Source of the DNA: Octopus sinensis
Lineage: Eukaryota
Reading direction: 5' to 3'
Assembly: GCF_006345805.1 (NCBI RefSeq)
Contig: NC_042999.1
Coordinates: 1,674,001-1,738,000 of the forward strand
Length of the DNA: 64,000 bases
Both the position numbers and the translations under genes were made by a program. Positions 11,311-25,478 of this stretch are shown one piece after another (position 1 is the stretch's first letter; the number at the start of each line of letters is the position of its first letter). Under the pieces are notes generated by a model. That model was not told where the DNA came from. It saw only the letters and a program-made list of their open reading frames with translations, and did not search any database.

Positions 11311-12301
11311 TAAATATATATATATATGAGTAAGGATATGTATACATTGTGTGTATGTCTGTGTAAATGTGGTGTATATATATCAGTGCATACAAAGATA
11401 CATGTAGACATATGTATGCCAATATGCAAACATGAATGATTCTGTGATTCCGTATTGCATGATGTACATTTATGCAAAGCAGTCATTAAAGCTTATTTTT
11501 AGAACGACTATAAATGTTTAGGATTTGGGATTTTCTGCTAATTTTCTAGTTGGTTTCCTTTCTTTCATCTATATCATTTCAGCTAAATCTTTTCAGCAAA
11601 ATTTTCCCAATTAACACCAAACTTAACCCTTATTATTAATTTTATAGATCACTTTCTGAGATATTCTTTAACAAGACAGCTGAATGCGTTGTGGTGTAAA
11701 GTAATGTTTTCAAATAAAGTAGAGTATAATTATATTTATTTATTTATTTATTTTACTGCATTTTTTACTTGTTTTCATTTCTAACCGTTTCAATTTAAAC
11801 AAGAAACAACAAATTAAACATAAATTTATGCCCTCAATTCAATTTTATCGTCGCTTCAATTTTGCTGTCATTTCAGTTTTAATTTAAATTTTCACTAGCT
11901 TCCAACTATGAAAATCATATGAGTTAAGGAAGACACTTTTCTTAGTTCTTTCGTGGAAACATTCTTCTCTGCAATGTTTCAGTTGTACTCTAAGAGATCA
12001 AATATGATCTTTATTAGTGTTCTTCCATTAATTTTTCAATTTTACCTCTTTTTAATTAATTTTGTTTTCTTTCGAAGACGTGTTTGTTTGTTATTATTAT
12101 AAAAATATATTTTGTCACAGGATTTAAAAGATGATGACTCCGCTTGGTTTTTTTTTTTTTTTAATTGGTAAAAAAACATAAAAAGTGTGTCAACAAGAAA
12201 ACAACAACAATAACAACAACAACTGCGAGAAAATGAGAAAACAACCCAAATAGAAACACCAAATGCAGCAGTTATTTTGCTTCAGTTAATCTTAAGCTTA
12301 T

Positions 12302-12540
12302 TCATCATCATCATCATCGTTTAACGTCCGCTTTCCATGCTAGCATGGGTTGGATGGTTCAACTGGGGTCTGGGAAGCCTGAAGGCTGCACCAGGCCAGT
12401 CAGATCTGGTGGTGTTTCTACAGCTGGATGCCCTTCCTAATGCCAACCACTCCGTGAGTGTAGTGGGTGCTTTTTATGTGCCACTGACACAGGTGCCAGA
12501 CGAGGCTGGCAAACAGCCATGCTCGGATGGTGTTTTTTAC
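12302..12540 (-). mobile_element. Family C, 3' part
   Basis: catcatcgtttaacgtccgctttccatgc..ggatgcccttcctaa. Confidence 0.8.
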
Positions 12541-12992
12541 AATATTTTCATAAAACTGAATAATGTGGCTCTGACGAAAGTAGCATTAATTTTCTTGGGT
12601 TGATCAATTAGCCTCAATCAATCACTAGGAAACTTATCAGTAATGTACCTACAATGTCTACTGGAAACAGCTGTAAGCCAAATTTTCTCCAATTAAGGAA
12701 AATATGTAATGAACATTATTTTTAACATCTCTTATATATATGCTGTCTGCTGTTTTTTGTCTATCTCCTTAACTTCTTGGAGATTTTAGGTAAAATTATA
12801 CTAAAGTGTCCATCTGTTTTAATTTAATTAAATTCAATGTCTTAATGCAGCTGAGGATTGCTCTGCATTCAAATTGATGTAATGATTGCATTGTTCAATT
12901 AAATGAAGTTGCATGAAACAATCTTACTGCATTACCTCTGGATATCCTTGTTGCTTATTTTGATATATATATATATAGTAAAGAAGCCCATC

Positions 12993-13033
<41 letters not shown>

Positions 13034-13257
13034 AAGGCATCGAACTGGCAGAAACGTTAGCACGCTGGGCGAAATGCATAGCCGTATTTTGTCTGTCGTT
13101 ACGTTCCGGGTTCAAATTCCGCCGAGGTCGACTTTGCCTTTCATCCTTTCGGGGTCGATAAATTAAGTACCAGTTATGCACTGGGGTCGATGTAATCGAC
13201 TTAATCTCTTTGTCTGTCCTTGTTTGTCCCCTCTGTGTTTAGCCCTTGTGGGTAGTA
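13034..13257 (+). mobile_element. SINE family B (tail type 1)
   Basis: Full match to the family B pattern. Confidence 0.85.
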
Positions 13258-13271
13258 TATATATATATACA

Positions 13272-13408
13272 CGATGAGCTTCTTTTCAATTTCTGTCTAC
13301 TGAGGCTGTAATAGAAGACACTTGCCCAGAGTACCACACAATGGGACTGAATCTGGAACCATGTGCTTGGAAAGCAAGCTTCTTACCACACAGCTACTCC
13401 TCTGCCTG
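13272..13408 (-). mobile_element. SINE family A, head fragment
   Basis: gaagacacttgccca..gggactgaa..ggaaccatgtg..ttaccacacagc. Confidence 0.7.
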
Positions 13409-13877
13409 TATGTATGTATGTGTGTGTATGCATGTGTGTGTATCTGCATAATATCCAGTGTAATACAACACGGTTATACAAGAGTTAAAAGAAAAAAAAT
13501 TTACCAGGTAAAAATTCAGTGTTCATGTCAGGAAGAAGAAGAATGTATTCAAATGTATAACAGCAACAAAATGGCAATAAGTAGCTTGATAAAGATTATA
13601 TTAATTTTACGCTACAAGAACGGAAAGACTTTTTGGCATTTTAGAATTAGTACTTCTTCATGAAGAAGTTAAATGGAACAAAAAAGGGAAAGTTAAAAAT
13701 CAGAGAATGGAATATGAAAGCAAAAACCACAATTAATGCATGTATGAGTTCTGAGCATGGCTTTCTAATGAAGCAGAAGTATAAGGAGAGAATATGTTCA
13801 GTGAAGCAGTAGATTCTTTGAAATAAAGTATGTAATGGTTGTAGTCTACTTACATGTAGTATATTTTTGAAGTGTGT

Positions 13878-14205
<328 letters not shown>

Positions 14206-14529
14206 GGTGGGTAAAATTCCAGGTACTTATTGATCAGACCATGTATGCACATACATACATTCATACATACATACATACATAAATACATACATGTGTATCT
14301 CTTTGTGTCTCTGTTTGTCCCCTTCCACTGCTTGACAGCTGGTGTTGGTGTGTTTACATCCCTGTAACTTAAGCTGCTTAGCAATAGAGACTGATAAGAG
14401 AAGTACTGAACTCAAGTAAAAAATATGGGAATCAGTTAGTTTGACTGAAAACTTATCAAGGCAGTGCCCCAGCATGGTCGCAGTATAATGACTGACACAA
14501 GTAAAAGTGAGAAGATAGAGATACAAACT

Positions 14530-14809
14530 TCTCGTTTTAAAGCAATCTAAATTAAAGCTTCCCATCAAAATATCAAATTAATATTTAAGTTCCAAATACC
14601 AGCTTCAAAATGCCAAAGTTATTTGGCTAAATTTTTTTAATGATTTTGAAAATTAACTGAAACAAAGACAGCATGTGTTTCAATAAAAATATGGTAACAA
14701 AAGGGTTTTTAAAGACAAAGTTGTTTTACCAAATTTTTCCATTATTTTCGTAATCAGTTGAGACAAAGACAGTATATATTTCAACAGGAACATGGTAACA
14801 AAAGGGTTA
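14530..14809. mobile_element. piggyBac-type MITE end(s), degenerate
   Basis: Two tandem ggtaacaaaagggtt ends (about 14693 and 14793), the second followed by TTAA; related end at about 38230. Confidence 0.5.
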
Positions 14810-15509
14810 AAAATCAATAATTCAAAATAATCATAAAAATATCAAAATGAAAAGAAAACCTTCTTTAAATCTATCCCTGTCTGAATCTCAATGAGAGTCA
14901 GTTATTGATAATGGTTGTTGGCATTTCAATTTAGAGAATATTCTAAGAATAAATAAACAACCAGAGAGTTTAGAAGTAAAAATTCTTTCTGATTACTTTA
15001 TTAATTAATGAACACTCGAAAAGCAGCAGTGACAAAGAAGATGTCAGGTCAGTGACGGTAATGGATAAAGATTGTGGTGTTAATGTCTTTTAATAAATAA
15101 GAACCTTGTTTCAAAAAATACACAAATATTTTTGAAGAAACAAGATCTTTCAAACAATAATGAAAACATTTCAGTGAATTATTTAGAAAGAAGTGTAGAA
15201 ATACTGTTGGCAAAAAGAAGGGAAAGAAAGAATTTTATGAATCAAAATAAGGAGAGACAGGACGAAGAAAAAGCTGAAGGAAATATAACAAATATGAATG
15301 ATGTGTTATTTCAAAGGAAAATTTAGGAAAGAAAGCAGGGTATTAAAATATTTACAGTGTTGAAAAATGTCATTCACAATAAGAGAAGATATCAAAGTTA
15401 TTGTTTTTCTCGTTTGTTTAGAGTTTCGATTTTGTTTTTGCTTTTGTCACAGAATTTGAAAAGCATACATTTAAATAAATGTTTATTTAGTGAAACAGGT
15501 GTTTGAGTA

Positions 15510-15611
15510 TGAGGCTATATATATGTATATATATATATATATGTGTATGTATGTACACACATACACACACACACATATATGTATATATGTCTGTATACAT
15601 ACATATATATA

Positions 15612-15657
<46 letters not shown>

Positions 15658-15701
15658 ATGTATGTACACACATACACACACAAACATATATATATGTCTG
15701 T

Positions 15702-15748
<47 letters not shown>

Positions 15749-15808
15749 ATATATATATACATTCATACTTATATGCAGATAGCTAAATAGCAAGATATAG
15801 ATTTATAT

Positions 15809-15840
<32 letters not shown>

Positions 15841-16421
15841 GTGTGTGTGTGTATGTATATATATGTATGTATGTATATATGTGTGTGTATATATATATGT
15901 ATATATATATGTATATATATATATATTATATATATATATACATAAATACATACATACATGTATGTGCGCGTGTGTGTACGAATATATGTATATTGGTGTG
16001 TGTGTGTATATGCATATATAAATATATATATATACACACATATATATATTATACAACCATACACATTATGTGCATGTTCGGTGGGTGGGTAGAGGGTTAT
16101 GTCTGTCTTCAGCTGCCCTCCTTTTCACAATAGCACCACCACCACCAAAACCACCAACACCACCCCCTTCTCCATGAATATCAATGTAAATTAACTCCTT
16201 GAGATTTATTACAAGGAATTATTAAATTCCTTCAAGACCCTGAACAATGTCCTCGCTGTGTTGTGTTTACTACAAACCCATTGTCACAACAATCTGAAGA
16301 ACATTTATTAGAATACCTTCAAGAAATACAGCGAAGATCTTTAATCAATCTGTTGGTGGCCATTTTACTGGTTTCATTGTTTCTCCTTCACATATAAACA
16401 CACACGCACACCTACACAAAC

Positions 16422-16453
<32 letters not shown>

Positions 16454-17218
16454 GTACACACATATACACACACAAACACTCACACGTACACACATATACA
16501 CACACATGCACACACACACACACACACACGTACACACATATACACACACAAACACTCACACACAAATATACACGCACGCACATACACACACACACATACG
16601 CACATATACACACACAAACACTCACACACAAATATACACGCACGCACATACACACACACACATACGCACATATACACACACAAACACTCACACACAAATA
16701 TACACGCACGCACATACACACACACACATACGCACATATACACACACAAACACTCACACACAAATATACATGCATGCAAATAGACACACACACACAAACA
16801 TATATATGCACATAGACAGACATGCACACACACACACACATGCACACATATACACACACATGCACACACACAGACATGCACACATCCACACACACATGTA
16901 TACTCACAAATACACACATACTCAAGCACCAACTCTTCCCATTTTGTTTTAATCTTTCAGCCCTGACAGTTGGTGGTGATGGTCACAAGGATGATGATGA
17001 TGATGATAATGATGATAGTAGTGGTGATGGCAGTGGTCATGAGGATGATGACAGTGGTGGCAATAGTGATGGTGGTTGTCTTGGTGATGATGACAATAAC
17101 GTTGATGAGGATGCGGATGACGAAGACGACGACGATGATGATGATGATGATATTAATTGCGATGGAGGTAATGGTGATGATGATGACGACGATGACGATA
17201 ATGATGATGAGGAGGATG

Positions 17219-17272
<54 letters not shown>

Positions 17273-17445
17273 CTGGTGATGGTGGTGGTGCTAACAATGG
17301 TGGTGGTGGTGGTGATGAGGATTATGAGGATGATAGAAATGTTGAAGATAGTGATGAAGATGATAATGGGGATGTGGATGACAGAGACGATGATGTTGGT
17401 GGTGGTGGTAGTGACGGTGGTGATGGTGACGATGATGATGGATGT
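15510..17445. repeat. Compound microsatellite blocks: (TA/TG)n 15510-16070, (CA)-based with a 66-bp higher-order unit 16390-16920, (GAT/GGT)n 16965-17445
   Basis: Seen directly; the 66-bp unit appears as a repeated 22-aa block in the ORF track. Confidence 0.9.
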
Positions 17446-17608
17446 CTAATAAAGGCTACTTTTGGTTTTAAATGATTCTAATCCTAGCAGAACATTTCCA
17501 CAAGTCTCTGAGCCAGACACGATTTCTTGAGAAGCTCTTCATCAGAAATGGAAGGGCATCACCTCCTTCTTTTTGACCGTTTTTTAATTTCATTTTCAGG
17601 GCCTTTTG

Positions 17609-17799
17609 AAGATCTTGAGAAGTACTTGGAACAAATAAGGGCTGCAATAAGCGTGGAGCACTTGCAGAAAACAGCACTGCTTGGAACCGCTCGAATACTC
17701 CAGAAGATGCTCGAAAAATAAGAGGTGTTACCTTAGTTCACTGGTAGAGGACAGGTGACACTGTAGTACATCTCCAGCATTAGAAGCTATGCAAAGGCA
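17609..17799 (+). pseudogene. Dong/R4-type LINE 3' end followed by (AAT)n
   Basis: DLEKYLEQIRAAISVEHLQKTALLGTARILQKMLEK*; 3'UTR nearly identical to 55770-55845. Confidence 0.8.
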
Positions 17800-18029
17800 A
17801 TAATAATAATAATAATAATAATAATATAATAATAATAATAATAATAATAGTAATAATAATAATATAATAATAATAATAATAATATAATAATAATAATAAT
17901 GATAATAATAATAATAAGAAGAAGAAGAAGAAGAATAAGAAGGAGGAGGAGGAGGAGGAGGAGCAGAAGACGAAGAAGAAGAAGAAGAAGAAGAAGAAGA
18001 AGAAGAAGAAGAAGAAGAAGAAGAAGAAG

Positions 18030-18058
<29 letters not shown>
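17800..18058. repeat. (AAT)n switching to (AAG/AGG)n
   Basis: Seen directly. Confidence 0.95.
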
Positions 18059-18060
<2 letters not shown>

Positions 18061-18345
18061 GCCCTGATGCAGTACCAGACAGTGGCTCTCATGGCTTCTG
18101 CTCTTAGCTGATTGGAAGTGTTATCATGTACATTGTATTGTTTTGGTATAAAAGATGGGCTACAGCAAATATTCTGTTCAATACCACAGATTTGCTTGTC
18201 AGTTGCTTGATTGTAACCAGTTGACCATGTCCTTTAGTGGCTGACAATATGTGCATCTCTGATCACAAGCAGAAGTAGTTGGGGAGCATCATAGCCATGT
18301 GTTGAGAGGGATTCTTTGGAGTTTGGATAATTCACCTTTGGAAAC
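18059..18345 (+). mobile_element. Family F (TAA-associated non-autonomous element), 5' part
   Basis: gccctgatgcagtaccagacagtggctctc..; other parts at 20333-20411, 55943-56176 and 61600-62230. Confidence 0.65.
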
Positions 18346-18465
18346 ACAGTGCAACCAAAGAAAAGATGAGATGTATTTTCTTCCTGCTGTGATTCCAAGT
18401 GAATTAATGGTCAAACATAACCACCTCTTATGTATATGAGTACAAACACACCGAAACTGCCTTTA

Positions 18466-18521
<56 letters not shown>

Positions 18522-19394
18522 AATACCGTAATTTGCATGGAGTGTGAAGATTAAAATGACTTACAGCCATATTTGGAAATTCTTATTGTCCATTTATTCT
18601 TGTATTTGGAGAAAATTTCCTAAAAAGTGCTTTGCTCAGGAATACAACATGTCACCTGGTCCAGAAATTGAAACCACAATCTTACAATCATAAGTCCAAC
18701 TCCTTAACCATTTAGCCATAGGCCTCCACTGGTGCGCAAAGGGTCAATAAACAGAAAGGCTGCCCGAGATGGCACACATTCTAATTACTTGCAACATGTT
18801 TGTAAGTATATTTCTCATAAAGATTTGGAGATAATTCAGGTCCCAATAATCTCACAATTTATAGATTTAAGTAGTGATCTGAGATGGCTGATGCACAATT
18901 CGCAGGAATTATATCTATTTTAACTTGCTTCGTTAAGATGTTATCTTTAAGAGTGTCATTAATAATCCAATTTCTCCATGCTGTCTATGTAATGCATAGT
19001 AAAGAACCATAATTATTAATCATTATAGCCAAGAACTAAATTAAATTTTCATTAATAATAAAAGTAAATAAGATGAATATTTTAGTCACTTTGTGGAGAA
19101 GGATTTAGCTGGAAATAGGTGCTGGCAGTGTGGTTGCGAAGTTTGCTTTGAAGCCAAGTGTTCTTAGGTTCAAAGCCCCTTTGTGGCACCCTGGGTTAGT
19201 GTCTTCTACTATAGCCCCAAGTTGACCAATGTCTTGAGAGTGAATTTAGTAAAATGGAAACTGTGTTGATGTCCATAAAATGCCTGGTTGTAAATAATTA
19301 AAGTAACATTTACACACACACCCACACATACACAGAGATATCTCCACAAATGCTTACACTGATGCTAACCCCAAAATAGTAATATTGTGACTGG

Positions 19395-19940
19395 GCCCCT
19401 AGAGAAGCAGGTCCACATCATTGGACAGAGTTGTTGGACACAGGATTGATGGACCAGTTAAACTGCTCAGGGTTTGGATTCGCCCTGATCTCCAAGTGGA
19501 TAACAACTGTGATGAGGTGATGAACAGGATGGTCAGTTTTACCAAGAAATGGACTGAGAGGTCACTGTCCTTGAAAGGGCAGGTAAAAGTGAAAAATGCC
19601 TACATAGCCTCCAATATTATTTATTGCTTGACCTTTGTGCCTTGCCCTTGCTTCTGCTTGACCAGGCTGGAAATCCTCTTATTTATTTTCTCGTGGAAAG
19701 GATACATTCCATTGGTCAAGCAGTCAGTCTGCTGCCAGCTTGGACATGCTGTGTCTGCTGATGTACAGACATGCAGCGAGGTTGGACCACTTGCAGTGAT
19801 TCCTAGAAAGCATTTGTGTGTTGGTTCTGTTTGGGAGACACATCTTTCCACGGTTTGTCTCTTTGACAGAGCTACAGTCAGAATTGTTACCATTCCAGAC
19901 AAAGAGCTTCATGGAATTTCATCTGTCTTTTCATCCTGAG
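19395..19940 (+). pseudogene. L1/Tx1-clade LINE ORF2 fragment (post-RT region)
   Basis: DGPVKLLRVWIRPDLQ..WTERSLSLKGQVKVKNAYIASNIIY..LFIFSWKG resembles the L1/Tx1 YLG..W..R.LSL.GR..WKG pattern. Confidence 0.7.
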
Positions 19941-20075
19941 TTAAGTTCCTCCAAGGAACCTGTCATCCTTTTGGGGTTGATAAAATAAGTACCAGTTGAG
20001 AACTGGGGTCAATGTAATCAACTAGACTCCTCTCCCAAATTTCATATTTTGTGCCTATAGTAGAAAGGATTCTTC

Positions 20076-20222
20076 AGTTCTATATTTAAGAGATGAAGAA
20101 TTATGTACATTATTTACATTGGACGGATATTTGTCCTCATCTTGTTTGTTGTTACCCTCCAGCCTTCATCAGGTGTCTTGGGGAAATTTCAAACTCGGGT
20201 TCTCATTCCTAAGGTATTTTTC
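20076..20222 (-). mobile_element. HHR tail of the tRNA-headed element with the GAAA half deleted
   Basis: Matches 33076-33247 except for a deletion of about 22 nt (aacacaacatttcggctggtat). Confidence 0.8.
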
Positions 20223-20252
20223 GATGTTGTTGTTGTTGTTGTCATTATTATT

Positions 20253-20292
<40 letters not shown>

Positions 20293-20332
20293 ACATCATC
20301 ATCATCATTATTATTATTATTATTATTATTAT

Positions 20333-20410
20333 TAACAATGTACATGATAACACTTCCAATCAGTTAAGATCAGAAGCCATGAGAGCCACTGTCTGGTACT
20401 ACATCAGGGC

Positions 20411-20411
<1 letters not shown>
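20333..20411 (-). mobile_element. Family F, isolated 5' 80 bp between TAA arrays
   Basis: Reverse complement of 18059-18137. Confidence 0.8.
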
Positions 20412-20443
<32 letters not shown>

Positions 20444-20469
20444 CATTATTATTGTTATTATTATTATTC

Positions 20470-21365
20470 TGAAAGATTCTTGGATAGTTCTTAATTTCTG
20501 GTTGTTCTTTACTTGAAAGCAGGCAAGAACAACAAATCACCAAAGGTTTCAAGTAGTGCCTTCTCCTCTGACTCAAAGAGACAATACTCTCCTTAGAATG
20601 CAAGCTGTACCCAACAATGCTGCCTTCTGGATCACTTCGAGCCTGACAGCTTCTCCAATATTCTTAATATGTTTTTCAAAGCTCTTGTAAACTGCTCCTT
20701 ATGCTCCAATTACCACAAGGTACAACCATTACTTTTCTCATGCCCCATAACTTTCCTATCTCATCCCCCAGTATGCAGACAACAAATAGGAGAGGTGACA
20801 CACTGTCCCCTTGAAAGATTTCTCTTTTAATATTTACCTTTCCCTGCTTATCTCCCCATGCTGTGAGTTCAGTTCATCACGTTTTCATTGAATTTTGTAT
20901 TAACTTCAGGATACAGTGTGAGACCTTAAGTAGTTTAAGGCATTCAATAATCCACCAGTGTGGGACCATATCATATATTTTCCTGTATTCCACCCATGCC
21001 ATCACCAAATATTTGTGTCAATTCTTGCAATCAGCCAGGGTAGTCTTCGTTCCTCTGCTCTTATGTCTACACCCTTTTTGTTCCACTAGCTCATTCTCAT
21101 CTAGGTACTTTAGTTTATCTGCTTTAGCTTTCAACTTCTGTTTTAATTACTCAATCACAACATTGATTCCTTTTCTCTTCACTCTATACTTCCTCTCTAG
21201 CTCAACATATTTCTCTCGCTGACCTTCATTTCTCTTTTTTCCATTCCAGAATATTAATATGCTTTCTGATCTCGCTAACAGACTGTGTTATTCTCCTTTT
21301 CCACCATGGTTCCTTCAGGTTACATTGACATTTATCTTTAGCTTTCAAACCTAACTTCCAAGCTA
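20470..21365 (-). pseudogene. Multiply deleted Dong/R4-type LINE
   Basis: EPWWKRRI..; RT motifs KGCRHKSRGTK..AWVEYRKIYDMVPH..FQGDSVSPLLFV; then a jump to KLWGMRKVMVVP..IQKAALLGTACILRR; (AAT)n after the 3' end. Confidence 0.8.
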
Positions 21366-21369
21366 TAAA

Positions 21370-21452
21370 GATTATCATCATCATCACCATCATCATATTC
21401 ATCACCACCACCACCACCACCATCATTATCATCATCATCAATAATAATAATA

Positions 21453-21488
<36 letters not shown>

Positions 21489-21751
21489 TAATAATAATAG
21501 TAGTAATAATAATAATAATAATAATAATGATAATAAAAATAATAATAATAATCATAAGAATAATAATAATAATGATGATAATAATAATGATGATGATAAT
21601 AATAATAATAATAATAATATTGATAATAAAAATAATAATAATAATAATCATAATAATAATAATAATAATGATGATCATGATAATAATAATAATAATAATA
21701 ATAACAATAATAATAATAATAATAATAATGATAATAATAATAATAATAATA

Positions 21752-21795
<44 letters not shown>

Positions 21796-21799
21796 AATA

Positions 21800-21844
<45 letters not shown>

Positions 21845-21847
21845 TTG

Positions 21848-21883
<36 letters not shown>

Positions 21884-21900
21884 TTAATAATAATAATAAT
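21370..21900. repeat. (CAT)/(AAT)/(GAT)n array
   Basis: Seen directly. Confidence 0.95.
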
Positions 21901-22859
21901 AAAAATACTCTTATATTTAACATTACTTATATAGGCACCAATTCTGAAATTTGGAAGCTGGATTTAGACATTTAACTGATCTGAGTTCTTGAATGGTTCT
22001 TTATTTTATTGTCGCCAGAAGGAAGAAGGGTAAAGTTAACACCTCCAGTATTTGGTCTCAAAATAGAAACAACCAGAAAAAAACAGAGCAAGAAATTGTG
22101 ACCAATACTCCAAAGGTTTGCTGTATCAACAGACTAATGATAATATTCATATTAAAATAAACAGAAGCCGTGCCAAGAACAGAAGAGAAAGGAAAATTGT
22201 TTGTGACGTGAAGATTTAAGTTTCAGCTTTTGCCTAAAGCTTTTATTGCGAAAAGACGTATGTATACACAGGGAAGTACACATGCACACAAACGGATACA
22301 GGCAGAGAGAGAGAGAGAGACACACACACACACACACACACACATACAATTACACATGCACATTTATTACACCACATATTTATATATAAATATATATATA
22401 TATACACACACACATATACATATATATATATATACCCACATATACATATATATATACACACACATATATAAACACATGTACATTTACACACACACATAAG
22501 TGTATGTGTACTCAATGTACTCAATGTACATACACACACACACACATATGTGAGTATGTACGTATACATATATAAACGTATATATATATAAACATATGTG
22601 CACACACACACACATATATATAAGTGTATATATACTCAATATACTCAATGTACATACACACACATATATATGTGAATATGTATGTATATGTATGCATGTT
22701 TGTATATATATATATGTGTGTGTGTGTTATATAAAATAAAATGAGACAACAAAACGAAGGCAGTGTGAAATTTCTAGGACATTTATAAAGAGAAAAGTAG
22801 TCTTACAGCTGTTTTGGGTCTTCTGGATACCAAAATCTCTCATATATGGTTGATGTCTA

Positions 22860-23236
22860 CTCCTTATACAGAGTTTGACCACCTCCTGTACCTACACCTT
22901 AGCACCATCATGGCATCTGATGTGGCTTTCTAAACCAGACAATGTTCTGAAAAGACACCCACATAGATTGAACCTCTGATTTGAACCACTAAAAGCTTCA
23001 GATAAGTTCTGCTCTTTGTGGATCTTAAAATGTCTTTTGAGGCCGCCGTTGCATTTGCAAATCTTCTGGCATACACTGCATTCAAAGGTGTGCACAGACA
23101 TATAGGCAGAATAGTTGTTGGAGGTTTGTTTTCCATGTGTTCACAGATGAGATTTGAGGCCAGAAAAAAACAGGCATAGTCTGTCAAAGACTGTGCACAC
23201 AAAGAGGTCATTATCATTCACCTTCTTGATCGTTAC

Positions 23237-23271
<35 letters not shown>

Positions 23272-23390
23272 TATATATATATATACGTATATATATATGT
23301 TGTTGTTGTTGTTGGCATCCTTTTCTGTTTCGGGAGACAATGGAGTTGCGCATAAAATAATCTAGTCCGGCTTTTACATTTCATGTCCTA
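22860..23390 (-). pseudogene. Tandem C2H2-like finger array, RTE-like 3' end, interrupted by (TA)n
   Basis: CKSRTRLFYAQLH; FVCTVFDRLCLFFSGLKSHL; FECSVCQKICKCNGGLKRHFKIH; NLCGCLFRTLSGLESHIRCH. Confidence 0.6.
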
Positions 23391-23392
23391 AT

Positions 23393-23945
23393 ACATCTCC
23401 TGCTATGGTTGTGTAGTCCTATCCTGGACAAACACTCCCTCTGGAAGGTGCCACAAATTTACTGAAGACTCTGCCTGTCTGGTTGTAATGTCATACTTTC
23501 TTATTGACGTCTTTCTTGTCTTTCCATTTCTCCTCTCTCTCTCTCTGTCACTCCTTTGTGTTCCCTCTTTTACGGTATATCGCCAATCTCCACGGTTACT
23601 GGCAATTGCTTCCCAGTTACTAATATTGATGTTGCAGGCCTTCGTGTCCCTTTTGCAAACATCCTTGTATCATAAGAATGGTCTTCCCACAGACCTAGGG
23701 CCCCTAGCAAGCTCACCGTACAGTATGTCCTTGCGGATTCTGCCATCTTCCATACGGCTAACATATCCAAGCCATCTCATACGTCTTTATATGAGGAGTG
23801 CAAACATGCTTGGTATTCTTGCTCGCTTGAGGACATCGTTGTTGGGGACATGATTCTGCCTTTGGATGTGAAGGATTTTCCTGAGGCAGCGCAGGTGAAA
23901 GATATTTAGGCGACGCTCTTGGCGTGTGTATGCGTCCAAGTCTCA
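23393..23945 (-). pseudogene. RTE (BovB-like) LINE ORF 3' fragment
   Basis: LYGSETW..ERRLNIFHLRCLRKIL..RWLGYVSRMEDGRIRKDILYGELARGPRSVGRP..YKDVCKRD..ICGTFQRECLSRIGLHNHSRRC, with stops and frameshifts. Confidence 0.9.
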
Positions 23946-24414
23946 CTTCCATACAGTATATATATATATATATATACATACACACATATATATCTACATA
24001 CATACATATGTGTACACTCTTTGAAATAATGTATTTACAGCCCTTCCTCTATTTTTCCTTTTTTTCCTCTCTTTCTCTTTCCCCATTCTCTGTGTGTGTG
24101 TATGCATATATATATATATATATAATATATATTATATACACATAAATATATTGTTCTTCACCAACTTTTCTCTCAGGGTGCTTTCACTCCGTCATGTATG
24201 CACACAGACATTACACATCCAGCAGATCATATAAGCTTCATTTCTTTCAAGCCTACGCATGTCCTACGCATTCATGGGTCATGCTTCACTGCCGTGTATG
24301 TGTGTGTGTACATATATTATAAATATATACATGTTTATATATATATATACATATCATCATCATCATCATCGTTTAGCGTCCATTTTCCATGCTAGCATGT
24401 ATATGTATATTATA

Positions 24415-24417
24415 TAG

Positions 24418-24451
<34 letters not shown>

Positions 24452-24462
24452 TGTATTATATA

Positions 24463-24516
<54 letters not shown>

Positions 24517-25122
24517 TATATATATATATATAAGTCTGGGGGTCAATATATATGTGAGTGTATGTAGTAATTGGATATGTATAAATATAGTATATGCATA
24601 TCATATATATATTTATATGTGTATTTATATATACACCTGGATACATATACACAAACATATATATATATACATACATGTACAGAAATATATAAATGCATAT
24701 ATATATATATATACATACAAACATACATGCATACATACAATGTTTTCCCCAGCACAAACTATCCAATTTTCCTAGGAAAATATGCAAGCTTTTGGAGGGA
24801 ATATTCCAAACATATTGGCAATACATCAAACTCACTTCATCTGTCTTAGAATTGGTGGACCCAAGAGAATTTAAATCTAGTGTAATAGAACTCTTTCAGG
24901 TGATGCCAAGCCAAGTTATACGCATCACTTGGCAGCGAAACATCCTCCTATCACAGCCTAAAGGCCCAGAACTGTAAATATGCCAGTTATTTTGTTCTCG
25001 GTGAAGTTAACAACTTCACTGTTTGTTCGCACAACAACAAAAACCAAGGAAGCTCCATTTATCTCCTTCTCCGTTGCATGGTTTCACTTGACATAGTTTG
25101 ATCTGTGTTTATATACATATAC

Positions 25123-25196
<74 letters not shown>

Positions 25197-25328
25197 GTAT
25201 ATATATATTTTTTATTTTATTTATTTTTTTATTTTATTTTATCTAGTTTCAGCTCACGAGCTGTGGCCATGCTGGGGCACCGCCATTTGGTGTTGCTACA
25301 TGATTTTACTTCACGAATGTATATATAT

Positions 25329-25385
<57 letters not shown>

Positions 25386-25447
25386 GTAATATATATTATA
25401 ATATATGTATATATATATGTATATATATATGTATATATTTATACATA

Positions 25448-25478
<31 letters not shown>

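Noticed and set aside
17521-17549. CTGATGAAGAGC..GAAA on the minus strand
   Set aside because: Two extra bases before GAAA, no stem III or stem I; likely chance or too decayed to call.
18059-18345. HDV-like ribozyme at the family F 5' end
   Set aside because: I could not find a P1/P1.1/P3 arrangement by eye; an RNArobo or Infernal search would be needed.
24830-24980. Possible exon (ctttcag acceptor on plus; tttacag..gtgagt pair on minus)
   Set aside because: All frames stop within the candidate and I recognise no protein.
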